47,313 nt of DNA from positions 1 to 47,313 of the forward strand of contig CATMPJ010000004.1 in the NCBI GenBank assembly GCA_950073265.1, in the 5' to 3' direction. The notes below the pieces were generated by a model. That model did not search any database and had not been told where the DNA came from. It saw nothing but the letters and a program-made list of their open reading frames with translations. Below, in pieces: positions 28,684-40,116 of the stretch. This DNA comes from an uncultured bacterium. Its GTDB lineage: Bacteria > Patescibacteriota > Minisyncoccia > Phycocordibacterales > UBA918. The position numbers and the translations under genes are program-made. Numbering within the stretch: position 1 is the stretch's first letter; the number at the start of each line of letters is the position of its first letter.

Positions 28684-29685
28684 ATGCAAAGAAACACAAA
28701 ACTATACGAAACAGTTGCGGCACTAATGGCCTCGGGAAAAGGCATCTTAGCGGCTGACGAGAGTGATGGTACAGCGGGGAAGCGTTTGGCGATGGTGCGT
28801 CTGGAGAACACTCCTGAGAATCGCCAAGATTTTCGAGAACTACTGTTTACTGCGCCCGATATCGAAAAATATTTATCAGGTGTGATCATGTTTGACTCAT
28901 CGATTCGCAACGAGACCGACGACGGAGTTTTGTTTGCTGATGTACTTACGGCCAAAGGTATAGTGCCTGGCATTAAGGTAGACAGAGGTACGCGCGCTTT
29001 GCAGGGCTTTAAAGATGAAGAAATTACTCAAGGACTTGATGATTTAGACAAGCGTTTTGCCGAGTACTATGACTTGGGTGCACGTTTTGCTAAATGGCGT
29101 ATGGTGGTTACCATTGATGAAGATAAAACCCCAACATACGAAGCCGTCAGAATGAACTGTGTCATGATGACACGCTATGCACAATTGGCTCAAGCGGCTG
29201 GTATTGTGCCGATTGTTGAGCCAGAGGTAATTCATGCCGGTGATCATTCGCTCGAAAAAGCCGAACTTGAAACCACGCGTACGTTACAGATTCTGTTTCA
29301 AACCCTGCAAGAATATCGAGTCGACTTAGCAGGGCTCATTCTTAAATCCTCTATGGTGTTGGCGGGTGATCGATACCAAAACCAGACTTCAGCGGAAGAG
29401 GTAGCCCAAGCAACTCTACGTACTTTCCACATGTCTGTACCACATGAGACAGGCGGTATTGTTTTTCTTTCTGGTGGACAAAGCCCGAAACGCGCAACTG
29501 AGAATCTTAACGCGATTGCAAAGTTAGGCGCACAACCATGGCCAATTACCTACTCATTCTCACGGGCGATTGAAGAGCCTTTCCTTAACGCATGGGCTGG
29601 AAAGTCTGAAAATAGTCAAAAAGCTCAAGAAGTACTGCTTGAGACCTGCAAGCAGAATAGCCTGGCCGCACAGGGAAAGCTCTAA
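28684..29685 (+). CDS. fba: Class I fructose-bisphosphate aldolase (Glycolytic family)
   Basis: GKGILAADES, GIKVD, FAKWR, VPIVEPE, FLSGGQS, YSFSRA. Confidence 0.95.
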   Translation: MQRNTKLYETVAALMASGKGILAADESDGTAGKRLAMVRLENTPENRQDFRELLFTAPDIEKYLSGVIMFDSSIRNETDDGVLFADVLTAKGIVPGIKVDRGTRALQGFKDEEITQGLDDLDKRFAEYYDLGARFAKWRMVVTIDEDKTPTYEAVRMNCVMMTRYAQLAQAAGIVPIVEPEVIHAGDHSLEKAELETTRTLQILFQTLQEYRVDLAGLILKSSMVLAGDRYQNQTSAEEVAQATLRTFHMSVPHETGGIVFLSGGQSPKRATENLNAIAKLGAQPWPITYSFSRAIEEPFLNAWAGKSENSQKAQEVLLETCKQNSLAAQGKL

Positions 29686-29705
29686 CTTTGCGCAAGCAGT
29701 ACCAA

Positions 29706-29732
29706 AAAAGGCGCGTCAGAGACGCGCCTTTT
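29706..29732 (+). terminator. Aldolase terminator
   Basis: AAAAGGCGCGTC-aga-GACGCGCCTTTT. Confidence 0.8.
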
Positions 29733-29744
29733 CACTGAGAAACG

Positions 29745-29793
29745 AAAACAGCACCAGCACGGAAACCGGTGTTGTTTCCGCCCGCTGGTGCCG
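29745..29793 (-). terminator. Long hairpin terminating the minus-strand small ORF
   Basis: GCACCAGC/GCTGGTGC with an inner CGGAAAC/GTTTCCG stem; U-rich tail on the minus strand. Confidence 0.6.
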
Positions 29794-29795
29794 GG

Positions 29796-29948
29796 TTATC
29801 TGTCGCGAATAATGCTCTTTGGCATCATTTCCGTTTCCTTAGTTCCGGTAGAGAAATGAGGCGACGGCTTTTGAACGTAAAATAAATATGCGACACATGT
29901 TAAAAGGAACAAGCCGACTGCGAGAAGTGTCCTTGGTTTAATTATCAT
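29796..29948 (-). CDS. 50-aa single-TM small protein (MIIKPRTLLAVGLFLLTCVAYLFYVQKPSPHFSTGTKETEMMPKSIIRDR)
   Basis: Hand-translated. GGGAGG SD 6 nt upstream, TGnTATTAT -10 box, terminator immediately after the stop. Confidence 0.65.
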   Translation of the reverse strand: MIIKPRTLLAVGLFLLTCVAYLFYVQKPSPHFSTGTKETEMMPKSIIRDR

Positions 29949-30026
29949 TTTCAACCTCCCTCGTTACTATCTTTAAGATAATAGCACACCTATTGGGGCG
30001 GTAATATTTAATTTGAAAATCTAAGC

Positions 30027-30046
30027 AAAAGGCCCCCGCGGGGGCC
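30027..30046 (-). terminator. rpmG terminator
   Basis: GGCCCCC/GGGGGCC stem with a U tract on the minus strand. Confidence 0.65.
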
Positions 30047-30051
30047 AATAT

Positions 30052-30234
30052 TTACTTTTTCTTTTGTTTGTAGACAGTGTGCTTTTTAGCTACCGGATTA
30101 TATTTGGTAGTTTGATACTTTTTACTCGGGTCTTTCTTGTTTTTGTTGTTGAATCGAGTGTAGTAGACGTGACCTTTACCAACGCCTTTTTCGTCGCCGT
30201 CTGAAACCATCTTGATTAGTAAATCCTGTGACAT
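30052..30234 (-). CDS. rpmG: 50S ribosomal protein L33 (zinc-free form)
   Basis: GHVYYTR..NK..KYNPVAKKHTVYK pattern; promoter TTGACA..TACAAT upstream. Confidence 0.85.
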   Translation of the reverse strand: MSQDLLIKMVSDGDEKGVGKGHVYYTRFNNKNKKDPSKKYQTTKYNPVAKKHTVYKQKKK

Positions 30235-30275
30235 AGTGCCGCAGATTGTACCAAAAAGCGTTTTATTGTCAATCT

Positions 30276-31082
30276 CTAATACTCCTTAGTCCAGGTTTTA
30301 TGTTCTGCACTGTAGGTACCTATTTTAGTGCGATGGATGTTCCAAGCTAAGCCACAGGTACCGACTTTCTTAGCAATAACTTCGCTTAAAGAACGCATGT
30401 AGGTACCGGAGGTGGCGCTACACATGAATGTCGCAATCTGGTAATGATTTGGCAGGGAAAAATTGTCTAGAACAGATTGCCAGTCTTGACGAACATCAGC
30501 TCGGCGAAAGTCGTTGCCCAAGGCCTTTCGTTTGTCTGTAACTGGAGGGATGGTATTGATCTTATCAAGGGCAGTCTCTACTGTTTCCGTTCGAGAAAGA
30601 GAGGTGAGTGACTCTAAGTGCAATTCGTATATGGTCGACTCTGCAGTTGGAATCTCTATCTCGTCTAGCCGATCTTCTAGTGTCCACGTATGCAGTGGTT
30701 TGCCTTGAACAGTCTTGCTTGAAAAATGGGGGTAGGGAAGCGAAACCTGACCAGTCAGTTTTATTGCAATATATTCAAGTTCTTCCCTAGAGATGCGGGG
30801 AACTTGTATTTCAGACTTTAACCTCCCGAGCACATCCGCAGTGTCAGAAGTAATACCGAAAAGTACTGAGAACGCGTATTCCTTATCAAGTCCATGATAC
30901 TCAGTTTGTTTTTTGCATTCAGCACCGATTAGGACCAGTAATTTTCCTGAGGCCATTGGGTCAAGACGCCCAGCGTAGGCGAGCGGCACATCCGCATACT
31001 GCGGGTGTGCCGCTCGCCACAATTCAGCACACACAAGCGGTGTCTGACCTACAGCTTTTTCTAAAACGACGTAAGGAAGCAT
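30276..31082 (-). CDS. truB: TruB-family pseudouridine synthase
   Basis: YAGRLDPMASG (catalytic Asp), KEY..FGITSDTAD, SGTYMRSL. Confidence 0.8.
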   Translation of the reverse strand: MLPYVVLEKAVGQTPLVCAELWRAAHPQYADVPLAYAGRLDPMASGKLLVLIGAECKKQTEYHGLDKEYAFSVLFGITSDTADVLGRLKSEIQVPRISREELEYIAIKLTGQVSLPYPHFSSKTVQGKPLHTWTLEDRLDEIEIPTAESTIYELHLESLTSLSRTETVETALDKINTIPPVTDKRKALGNDFRRADVRQDWQSVLDNFSLPNHYQIATFMCSATSGTYMRSLSEVIAKKVGTCGLAWNIHRTKIGTYSAEHKTWTKEY

Positions 31083-31166
31083 CTAGCCAAGTGGGTTGCC
31101 CCCTAAGTAGGCATTTACGATGGCTAAAAGTATAAATGCGCCGAGCGCTAACAGTACGATTTTCAT
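31083..31166 (-). CDS. 27-aa hydrophobic peptide (MKIVLLALGAFILLAIVNAYLGGNPLG)
   Basis: Hand-translated. TACAAT box 10 nt upstream; the stop abuts the truB ATG (TAGATG). Confidence 0.55.
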   Translation of the reverse strand: MKIVLLALGAFILLAIVNAYLGGNPLG

Positions 31167-31225
31167 AGATACGTAGATTGTATCAAATCACAACACACAA
31201 TACCCAGTTTTTAAGCCCGTTTTTC

Positions 31226-31372
31226 TTGACTTTAAAGTGAAGCATAGTAGCATACAGTCGCAAATACCCCCGGACTCCTTCGCGCGAATGTATTTGCTTG
31301 GTCAGCTATACAATTCAAACAGAAAAGCGCCATATTTCACATTACAAATTGATAGTTTAGGTATTAATATTT
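31226..31372 (+). promoter_or_regulatory. ATPase operon promoter and leader
   Basis: TTGACT-N16-TAGCAT; GCAAATAC/GTATTTGC hairpin at 31260-31297. Confidence 0.45.
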
Positions 31373-31678
31373 ATGACGGCTCTCGAAGAGATATTACAAA
31401 CGGAGCAAACTGCCGAAAAAGAAATCGCCAACGCAAAAGAAGTTGCCGCTGCAGCGGTCAGTGAAGCTAAGCAAGCTGCGAAAGAAAAGCTTTCTCAAGT
31501 AGATGCAGCATACGAATCTACAAAAATTGAAGCGCTAGAGAAACAGTCAGTTATGGCCGCAAAGGTTAGTGAAAAAATTACCACTGAATCAGAGCAACGA
31601 ATTAAGTCTCTGACCGCAAATTTTGCCGCAAAACAAGCAGCGCTTGTCCAAATGTTAAAGGATCGCTTCGTAGCTTAG
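31373..31678 (+). CDS. V/A-type ATPase subunit G/H (peripheral stalk)
   Basis: 101-aa Ala/Glu/Lys coiled coil, first gene of the operon. Confidence 0.8.
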   Translation: MTALEEILQTEQTAEKEIANAKEVAAAAVSEAKQAAKEKLSQVDAAYESTKIEALEKQSVMAAKVSEKITTESEQRIKSLTANFAAKQAALVQMLKDRFVA

Positions 31679-31699
31679 TCGAAGTCGTCACATTCTTGT

Positions 31700-33655
31700 A
31701 TGTCCATCGTTTCAATGCAGAAAGTAAGATTAATTGTTCACCAAGATGAGGTGGATACTGCTCTTGCAGTACTACAACGACATGGCGCGATGCAGTTCAC
31801 TGACGTCACGGATGAAACTATGGGAGACACGGCAGTAGTATTTCCACATGCGACGCTATTACCACGTGTGCAGCATGCTGCTAATTTTCTTTCTCAATAC
31901 TCACCGAACGTAGGTTTCTTTAAAGCTCTCCGTGAAGGCACGCGTACTAACATGTCAGAGAAAGCAGTACAAAAGAGAACTGCTGAGACAGACGACATCG
32001 AGTCAATTGTTGTTGATGTCGAGGCTCTTCAGGTAGAGTTTGCTGACAAAAACGAAATTATTCGTCGTCTTGAAGAACGTGAAGCAATACTTACTGTTTG
32101 GAAAGAATTGCCGTACAAGATATCAGAATTACACACTGGTTTAACGACAACTAGACTCGTCCGCAGGAATAATCCTCGTAAAGAAGATGTGTTACGAGAT
32201 ATTTTAGAAACTGCATTTAACGAAGCAAATATCTCTTATGCGATTACGCCAATTAGTACAGAGCTTGTGGCAGTTACCGTACTTAATGAAGAACTATCTG
32301 CGGCTATAACAGTGATTGAATCAATCAAAGCAGAATTGATTAGCACACCATTAGGTGAGGAAACGCCTGAGATAGAGCTTATTAAAGTGCAGGAATCGCT
32401 GGCCAAAATGCGAGGAGAGATAGCTCTATTACATGATCAAGCAGAACACTTCGCTATTACTCATTTAAAAACCCTGCAAATTGACGCGGAGTTGCTAAAC
32501 TGGGAGCGTAATCGATTTGCAGCACGAGCAACCAGTAAACAAACCACTTTCACAACGGTTTTTGAAGGTTGGCTTCATGCTGGTAAAAAAGACGCAGTAC
32601 TTGCTGATTTCGTTGCGCAAGACATCACTGCAATGTTAGTCGAAGCAGAAATTAAAGACGGAGAAGTGCCACCAGTAGAAATCGAAAACCACCCATTAGT
32701 GGCTCCATTTGAGGCGGTAACTAGACTGTATGGTATGCCAGGGTATAAAGATCTTGACCCAACAGTATTTTTGGCAGGTTTCTTTTTCCTTTTCTTCGGT
32801 CTTTGCCTTACTGATGTGGGGTATGGTCTCGCTCTTGTTATAGGCTCACTTTTTATTTTGCTCTTTACCAAAGTTGCAGCCGGGACACGCTTGTTTGCTA
32901 AGTTGTTACTCTTCATTGGTGCTTCAACAGTTGCAATTGGTGCACTATTTGGCGGTTATTTAGGGATTGCGCCAGAATCTCTACCCGCCCCGCTACAGGC
33001 TATTCAATTGTTTGACCCAATTGGTAACCCTCTCCCAGTATTTTATTTGGCGCTTGCATTCGGAGTGCTACAAGTAATGGTTGGGTTACTGCTTAAAATC
33101 TATAGCGATGCATGCAATGGCGATTTGCTTGGAGGTATACTAGATCAGGGTCCGTGGTTGCTTATGTTTGCTATTGGCATACTATACGTATTAACGGCAG
33201 TAGGGTATGTCTCAATCTTGACGATTAATCAAATTGGTAATTTAGCAATTGTCGGTGCAGTTCTAATTGTGCTCGCTGCCGGACGTAATGGGGAAGGTGT
33301 GTTTGGTAAAATCATTGCTGCCTTCCTCGGTCTCTATGCTGGAGTTGGTTTCCTTTCAGATATTTTGTCTTACTCACGTCTCTTGGCGTTGGGTCTGGCA
33401 ACGTCGGCTCTCGCTTTTGCCGTAAATCTTATCGCCAGCATGGTGCTTGGTGTGCCGTATATTGGCTTTATTTTGGCGGCTGTTATTTTCCTCATTGGCC
33501 ACGCTTTTACTCTTATCATTAACACGCTTGGAGCTTTCATTCATAGTGCTCGTCTCCAATTCGTTGAGTTCTTCAGTAAATTTATTGTTGGTACTGGAAA
33601 AGAATTCACACCACTCACTCGCTCCGAAGATTATGTTACGGTCGGAGACGATTGA
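31700..33655 (+). CDS. atpI: V/A-type ATPase subunit I
   Basis: YGMPGYKDLDPT, DVGYG, SDILSYSRLLALGLA, HSARLQFVEFFSKF. Confidence 0.95.
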   Translation: MSIVSMQKVRLIVHQDEVDTALAVLQRHGAMQFTDVTDETMGDTAVVFPHATLLPRVQHAANFLSQYSPNVGFFKALREGTRTNMSEKAVQKRTAETDDIESIVVDVEALQVEFADKNEIIRRLEEREAILTVWKELPYKISELHTGLTTTRLVRRNNPRKEDVLRDILETAFNEANISYAITPISTELVAVTVLNEELSAAITVIESIKAELISTPLGEETPEIELIKVQESLAKMRGEIALLHDQAEHFAITHLKTLQIDAELLNWERNRFAARATSKQTTFTTVFEGWLHAGKKDAVLADFVAQDITAMLVEAEIKDGEVPPVEIENHPLVAPFEAVTRLYGMPGYKDLDPTVFLAGFFFLFFGLCLTDVGYGLALVIGSLFILLFTKVAAGTRLFAKLLLFIGASTVAIGALFGGYLGIAPESLPAPLQAIQLFDPIGNPLPVFYLALAFGVLQVMVGLLLKIYSDACNGDLLGGILDQGPWLLMFAIGILYVLTAVGYVSILTINQIGNLAIVGAVLIVLAAGRNGEGVFGKIIAAFLGLYAGVGFLSDILSYSRLLALGLATSALAFAVNLIASMVLGVPYIGFILAAVIFLIGHAFTLIINTLGAFIHSARLQFVEFFSKFIVGTGKEFTPLTRSEDYVTVGDD

Positions 33656-33684
33656 TCGTAATTTTATTCAGTTATAAAAGTTAA

Positions 33685-34176
<492 letters not shown>

Positions 34177-34187
34177 TTATTTGCTGT

Positions 34188-34760
34188 ATGTCTCAAAGCT
34201 CACTCATTGAAAAAATTAAACAAGGTGCCGCCAAGACGGTAGCAGAAATAGAAGCAGCAGCAGCGGCTGAGATTGCAACTATTGAACGTGAGACTGAGGC
34301 GGTACTTAAAAACAAGCAAGCAGAACAAGCAATTGCGATTGAAAAAGCAACGGAGCATGCAGCCCTTGTTGCTTCATCGAAGGCTAAGCAAGCTGGTAAT
34401 ATCGCATTTCAAAATGCTAAGCGTAAAGAAATCGATGGTGTATTTGCAGAGTTCCACACTGCAATAAAAAACTTAGAAAGTGATGAATATGTTGCTCTCA
34501 GCACGAAGCTCGCCGAGATAGCTGTTCCAGAAAAGGTAACGGCTACAGACGTATTTGCTCCAAAAGGACGAGTCGAAGAAACACAAAAGGTTCTAAAAAA
34601 GTTGCACATTGATGCCTCAATTACCGAAGTGACCAATCTGATAGCCGGAATGGTTGTGCATACTAAGGATGGTGTGTATGACGCGAGCTTAGACCGTATG
34701 TTGAGCGAACAGCGTCCTGAGCTGGAAATCGAACTAATGAACATGGTTGAAGCCAAATAA
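34188..34760 (+). CDS. atpE: V/A-type ATPase subunit E
   Basis: Operon position, N-terminal coiled coil, C-terminal AGMVV..YDASLD. Start set at MSQSS. Confidence 0.85.
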   Translation: MSQSSLIEKIKQGAAKTVAEIEAAAAAEIATIERETEAVLKNKQAEQAIAIEKATEHAALVASSKAKQAGNIAFQNAKRKEIDGVFAEFHTAIKNLESDEYVALSTKLAEIAVPEKVTATDVFAPKGRVEETQKVLKKLHIDASITEVTNLIAGMVVHTKDGVYDASLDRMLSEQRPELEIELMNMVEAK

Positions 34761-34761
34761 C

Positions 34762-35757
34762 ATGCAAACTTCATATATCTACAGTGTCAGTCGCGTAAAT
34801 ACGCTTAGAGAGTATCTGCTTACCAAAACAGATATTGAGCGTTTACTCGTGGCTGCACCTGGAGATGAATTGCACACAGCCCTGAAGGAAACCTATTTAG
34901 CACCGTATCTTACTCGTCTTGATGACGAAGATATGGCAAAGGCGATAGAGCTAACCCTTATTGATGCTAAACGGTTAGTGCACCAAATCGCACCGCACGG
35001 TGATATGTTCCGAGTTCTCTGGGTGCATTATGACATTCACAATTTGCGCGTCTTTGCAAAAGCACAGCATGAACAAATCACGTTTAGTGATTTGGCTCCA
35101 TATCTTTCCCAGCGTGGTGTCTATGACCCGGTGGTCTTATATGAAAATGCTGAGAACCGAACATTAGACTCTATGCAGGTTGGTTGGAAAGCACAAGAGG
35201 TTTTTGACAGAGCAGTTGCGCTGGTGCAGGAGGGCAGGTTAGAGGCTGTTGATGCGTTGTTCGATGTGTTGTACTTCGAAACGGCCAAAGCAATTGCTGA
35301 AAAAAGTGGCGATTTGTTCATCAAGCGTTTCGTTATAGCGAATATCGACATCTTCAATGTCAAAAGTCGGCTACGAGCATTATCGCATCAAGCGGTTGCT
35401 GATAATGGAGTTCATTTTATTGCTGGCGGAACCTTCTCAAAAGAGTCACTCGACACAAAAGATGACACACTAACAGCATTGTCTCGACTCGGTTCATCTG
35501 CACAGTGGACATCGGCGATAGAGCAGTACAGTAAATCTGGTAACACAACCAGCCTTGATGTGGCAGCAGATGAATATCTTATCGCTTTAGCTAAAGAAGC
35601 TAGTAGTGACATGTTTAGTTCCGCCTCGTTGGTACTCTATTACTTACTGTGTCGCCAGTCGGCAGCTAATGTGCGGACTATCGTTGTTGGTAAAAACAGT
35701 GGAATGTCAGAGGATTCTATTCGCGCTAACCTAAGAATGAGTTATGTCAACGAGTAA
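34762..35757 (+). CDS. atpC: V/A-type ATPase subunit C
   Basis: YDIHNLR, IDIFNVKS, NVRTIVVGK..IRANLR; operon position. Confidence 0.9.
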   Translation: MQTSYIYSVSRVNTLREYLLTKTDIERLLVAAPGDELHTALKETYLAPYLTRLDDEDMAKAIELTLIDAKRLVHQIAPHGDMFRVLWVHYDIHNLRVFAKAQHEQITFSDLAPYLSQRGVYDPVVLYENAENRTLDSMQVGWKAQEVFDRAVALVQEGRLEAVDALFDVLYFETAKAIAEKSGDLFIKRFVIANIDIFNVKSRLRALSHQAVADNGVHFIAGGTFSKESLDTKDDTLTALSRLGSSAQWTSAIEQYSKSGNTTSLDVAADEYLIALAKEASSDMFSSASLVLYYLLCRQSAANVRTIVVGKNSGMSEDSIRANLRMSYVNE

Positions 35758-36094
35758 AGAGTACAAAATTGCTATCATTGGTCCAACCGAAACCGTCTCT
35801 GGTTTCAAAGCTTTGGGTGCGGTGGCATACGATGCAACCTCAGGTGCACAAGCGATTGAACACTTGCGAGTGATTAAGGAAAAAACAAATGATCCAGATG
35901 CAAACGAACGCTACGCAGTGGTATGCATCATCGAAGATATTATGAAAGATCTCGATGAGACAGAATACGCAAAAGTAGCGACCGGTGCCTTACCAGCTGT
36001 AGTGTTACTTCCCGGTACAAACGGCAGCCAGGGCTATGCTATCAAACGTCTCCGACAGATGGCTGAACAGGCAGTCGGTGCAGCCATTATTTAA
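35744..36094 (+). CDS. atpF: V/A-type ATPase subunit F
   Basis: KIAIIG..TVSGFKALG, PAVVLLP, EQAVG. Confidence 0.9.
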   Translation: MSTSKEYKIAIIGPTETVSGFKALGAVAYDATSGAQAIEHLRVIKEKTNDPDANERYAVVCIIEDIMKDLDETEYAKVATGALPAVVLLPGTNGSQGYAIKRLRQMAEQAVGAAII

Positions 36095-36123
36095 TTTATA
36101 CGTATTACAGGAATTATAAAACC

Positions 36124-37914
36124 ATGACTAAAACACAGAACAAAACAAATGAAGATATCGCCGGAGGTACTATCCTCCGCGTGACTGGCCCGCTGGTGCG
36201 TGCTAAAGGGATGGCCGAAGCCAAGCTGTACGAGGTAGTAAAAGTATCTGAGGAGAAATTACTCGGAGAAATTATCGAACTTCACGGCGACGAAGCAGCG
36301 ATTCAGGTATATGAAGAAACCGCTGGAATCGCGCCAGGTGATTCGGTGTACCGTACTGGTCGCACTATGTCGGTAGCGCTAGCACCAGGACTACTTGAGT
36401 CTATTTACGACGGTGTACAGCGACCACTGCAGAAAATCGAGGAAGTAGCAGACGGCTGTTATATCAAGCGCGGGATTGAAGCTGATCCAATTGATATGCA
36501 AAAGAAATGGAAGTTCACTCCAGTCGCTAAGGTGGGTGACAGCGTTTCAGGAGGAGATGTTCTCGGGGAAGTCCAAGAAACATCACTTATTGTGCACAAA
36601 GTCATGGTGCCACCAAACGAATCAGGAGTGGTTACTTCAATTCAGTCTGGTGAATTTATAGTGACGGAAGAAATTGCAACTCTAACAAAGGACGACGGTT
36701 CTGTGGCGTCCTTGCCAATGTTGCAATACTGGCCAATTCGCGTAGCTCGTCCGAAGGCGTCTAAGATTTTCCCAAGCGAGCCACTACGTACTGGTGGCCG
36801 TTCAATCGACACATTTTTCCCAATTGCAAAAGGTGGCGCTGGCTGTATTCCTGGACCATTCGGAGCTGGTAAAACCGTAACGCAGCAGTCAATCGCGAAG
36901 TACTGTGACGCGGAAATCATTGTATACATCGGTTGTGGTGAGCGCGGAAACGAAATGACTGAGGTATTGACTGAGTTCCCACACCTTATCGACCCAAATA
37001 CTGGCGAGCCGTTGATGAAGCGAACTATTCTGATTGCTAACACCTCAAACATGCCAGTAGCTGCTCGTGAAGCGTCTGTGTACACGGGTATTACAATCGC
37101 CGAATATTATCGAGACATGGGCTATAACGTAGCGCTGATGGCTGACTCAACTTCACGTTGGGCAGAAGCGATGCGTGAAATCTCAGGACGACTTGAAGAA
37201 ATGCCTGGTGAAGAAGGGTACCCAGCGTACTTGTCTTCACGAACTGCAGAGTTCTATGAGCGAGCAGGTATTGTAAAGACACTAGGTAGCGAAGGACGAA
37301 CCGGTTCACTTACTGTTATCGGTGCAGTATCGCCTCCAGGAGGAGACCTTTCAGAGCCAGTGTCTCAAGCGACCCTCCGTGTAACCAAGACATTCTGGTC
37401 ACTGGATTCAGATCTTGCCTACAAGAAGCACTTCCCATCAATCAACTGGCTGACATCGTACTCACTGTACGCACCAAACTTTGAAGGTTTCTGGAAAGAC
37501 GAAATCGCTCCAGATTTTGCTGCGGTGCGTTCAACCGCAATGAAACTGCTAGAACAAGAATCCAAATTACTTGAAATTGTACGTCTCGTTGGTATGGAGT
37601 CACTTTCTAACAGCGACCGTCTCGTACTTGAAGTTGCACGCATGATTCGTGAAGACTTCTTATTCCAAAACGCCTTCGATAAAGATGATGCGTATACACC
37701 ACTAAATCGCCAATACGGTATCCTGAAGTCAATTATGACGTTCTACGAAGCGGGACAGTCTGTGGTAAATAATCCGGAATTTGATTTCTCAGATTTCACC
37801 CAGATCGCAACGTACAGCGAAGTGGCCTCCCTCAAGGAAAAGCTTGATTGGGACATCAAAGATTATCAGTCATTCCAAGATCGCGTTAAGAGCGAAATCG
37901 AAGCCTTGGCATAA
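36124..37914 (+). CDS. atpA: V/A-type ATPase subunit A (catalytic)
   Basis: P-loop [36 protein letters not shown]. Confidence 0.98.
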   Translation: MTKTQNKTNEDIAGGTILRVTGPLVRAKGMAEAKLYEVVKVSEEKLLGEIIELHGDEAAIQVYEETAGIAPGDSVYRTGRTMSVALAPGLLESIYDGVQRPLQKIEEVADGCYIKRGIEADPIDMQKKWKFTPVAKVGDSVSGGDVLGEVQETSLIVHKVMVPPNESGVVTSIQSGEFIVTEEIATLTKDDGSVASLPMLQYWPIRVARPKASKIFPSEPLRTGGRSIDTFFPIAKGGAGCIPGPFGAGKTVTQQSIAKYCDAEIIVYIGCGERGNEMTEVLTEFPHLIDPNTGEPLMKRTILIANTSNMPVAAREASVYTGITIAEYYRDMGYNVALMADSTSRWAEAMREISGRLEEMPGEEGYPAYLSSRTAEFYERAGIVKTLGSEGRTGSLTVIGAVSPPGGDLSEPVSQATLRVTKTFWSLDSDLAYKKHFPSINWLTSYSLYAPNFEGFWKDEIAPDFAAVRSTAMKLLEQESKLLEIVRLVGMESLSNSDRLVLEVARMIREDFLFQNAFDKDDAYTPLNRQYGILKSIMTFYEAGQSVVNNPEFDFSDFTQIATYSEVASLKEKLDWDIKDYQSFQDRVKSEIEALA

Positions 37915-37928
37915 GTAATAAAATCAAC

Positions 37929-39320
37929 ATGAGTAACAAAGAATACAAATCAATTTCTTCAATCGCCGGACCGCTACTCGTCGTAGAGGGTGTTGACGGT
38001 GCAAAATATGAAGAGCTTGTTGAAGTAAACGTGCCCGGTGAAAGTAAGCCACGTTTTGGTAAGGTGCTTGATACTTCAAAAGATAAGGCAGTAGTTCAGA
38101 TGTTCGACTCGACTGCAGGTATGACTGCAGATGAAACACGAGTACGTTTCAAAGGAGAAACGCTTAAGCTTGGTGTATCTGAAGATATGCTTGGTCGGGT
38201 ATTTAATGGAGCAGGCGAGGTAGCTGATGGTGGTCCAGAATTGGTGCCAGAACAACGTCGCGACATTGCTGGAGAACCGATGAACCCATACTCTCGTGAA
38301 TTCCCAAACGACTTCATTCAGACTGGTATCGGTTCTATCGACGTAATGAATACACTGGTGCGTGGCCAGAAGCTACCAATTTTCTCTGGGGCTGGGCTAC
38401 CACACTCACGACTGGCTGCGCAGATCGCTCGACAAGCATCCGTAAAGGACGGTGCAGACTTCGCGATTGTGTTTGCGACACTTGGTGTATCTTTTGAAGA
38501 AGCTGAATACTTCCGACGTGAATTCGAAGAAGCGGGAGCGTTAGAGCGGTCGGTGCTCTTCATTAACACTGCGGCTGATCCGGTAGTGGAGCGTATTTCA
38601 ACGCCACGTATGGCGCTCACGACGGCAGAGTACCTGGCGTTTGAAAAGGGAATGCACGTACTGGTAATCCTTACGGATCTCACCAACTACTGTGAGGCGC
38701 TTCGAGAAGTGTCTGCAGCCCGCAAAGAAGTTCCGGGACGTCGGGGATATCCTGGTTACCTCTACACTGACCTTTCAACTATTTATGAACGAGCCGGTCG
38801 CGTGAAAGGGAAGGCGGGTACAATCACCCAAATTCCAATTCTGACCATGCCTGACGATGATAAAACGCACCCAGTACCAGACCTTACGGGGTACATTACT
38901 GAAGGTCAGTTCGTAATCTCACGTGAACTATATCGAAAGGGCGTGTTCCCACCGGTAGACGTGCAAGGTTCTCTATCACGACTCTGGTCAGCGGGAGTAG
39001 GTGAGGGGAAGACTCGCGCAGACCATTCGGCACTAAAGGATCAGTTGTTTGCATCATACGCAACCGGTCGAGAGGTGCGTGAACTCGCGGTGGTTCTTGG
39101 GGAAGCATCGCTTGATGATACTGACCGCGCACACCTCAAGTTTGCTGACGCATTCGAAAAAGAATTTGTTGGACAAGGTGAATACGAAAATCGCTCAGTT
39201 GAAGAATCTCTAGATATCGGCTGGAAGCTTCTCTCAATGCTTCCACGAACATCACTTAAGCGTGTAAAGGCTGAACAAATTGAACAATACATGCCTAAAA
39301 CTGAAGTAACTGCTGAATAA
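37929..39320 (+). CDS. atpB: V/A-type ATPase subunit B
   Basis: [40 protein letters not shown]. Confidence 0.98.
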   Translation: MSNKEYKSISSIAGPLLVVEGVDGAKYEELVEVNVPGESKPRFGKVLDTSKDKAVVQMFDSTAGMTADETRVRFKGETLKLGVSEDMLGRVFNGAGEVADGGPELVPEQRRDIAGEPMNPYSREFPNDFIQTGIGSIDVMNTLVRGQKLPIFSGAGLPHSRLAAQIARQASVKDGADFAIVFATLGVSFEEAEYFRREFEEAGALERSVLFINTAADPVVERISTPRMALTTAEYLAFEKGMHVLVILTDLTNYCEALREVSAARKEVPGRRGYPGYLYTDLSTIYERAGRVKGKAGTITQIPILTMPDDDKTHPVPDLTGYITEGQFVISRELYRKGVFPPVDVQGSLSRLWSAGVGEGKTRADHSALKDQLFASYATGREVRELAVVLGEASLDDTDRAHLKFADAFEKEFVGQGEYENRSVEESLDIGWKLLSMLPRTSLKRVKAEQIEQYMPKTEVTAE

Positions 39321-39325
39321 ATACC

Positions 39326-39961
39326 GTGGCTATTCTAAAAGTTAACCCAACTCGAATTGCTCTCCTTGGGCTCAAGAAAGAGCTCAAGGTAGCAAAAAAG
39401 GGACATAAGCTCTTGAAAGATAAGCGAGATGGACTCGTGAAGAAATTCATGACGGTTATCTATGAAGCAAAGAGCACCCGAGAATCAGTCGAAGAACGGC
39501 TTGGGGCTGCTTTTGATTCATATAGCCGCGCTAGCGCTATGACGGCTGCAGCAACACTGGACAGCGCTTTCTTAGCACCCAGTGCGAAGATTGATTTAGG
39601 GGTGTCGGTAAAAAGTGTTATGTCTGTAAAAATCCCTGAATTCACTGTAGAGAAGTCAGGTTCAGCTTTTTCGTACGGTCTCTACGAAACCACTGGTGAT
39701 CTTGATAACGCGATTGTAAAATTTGACGATGTCATCGTAGATATTCTTCGCCTCGCTGAGCTTGAGAAAACCGCCGAAAACTTGGCAGAAGAAATTGAAA
39801 AAACCCGTCGTCGTGTGTCAGCACTTGAAAACGTTCGGATTCCAAATCTCGAAGATACCATCAAATTCATTACTATGCAGCTTGATGAGCGAAATCGAGA
39901 TGCGGTGGTGTCTACCATGCGCGTTAAAGCCATGATCCTAGCCAAGGAGGAGAATTCTTAA
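39326..39961 (+). CDS. atpD: V/A-type ATPase subunit D
   Basis: NPTR..GHKLLKDKRD, IEKTRRRVSALE; GTG start. Confidence 0.96.
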   Translation: MAILKVNPTRIALLGLKKELKVAKKGHKLLKDKRDGLVKKFMTVIYEAKSTRESVEERLGAAFDSYSRASAMTAAATLDSAFLAPSAKIDLGVSVKSVMSVKIPEFTVEKSGSAFSYGLYETTGDLDNAIVKFDDVIVDILRLAELEKTAENLAEEIEKTRRRVSALENVRIPNLEDTIKFITMQLDERNRDAVVSTMRVKAMILAKEENS

Positions 39962-40116
39962 AATTAACGCAACTGCACTGACTTCAGAATTTTACTCATT
40001 CAATGTACAGCCTGGTACGCCTCATTCACAAAGTTTTTCCAGCCCGCACAACTTCATCAAGTTTAAGAAGACATTTCTAACCAATGACATTTTTGTTAAA
40101 CTATGAATACAAAAAA

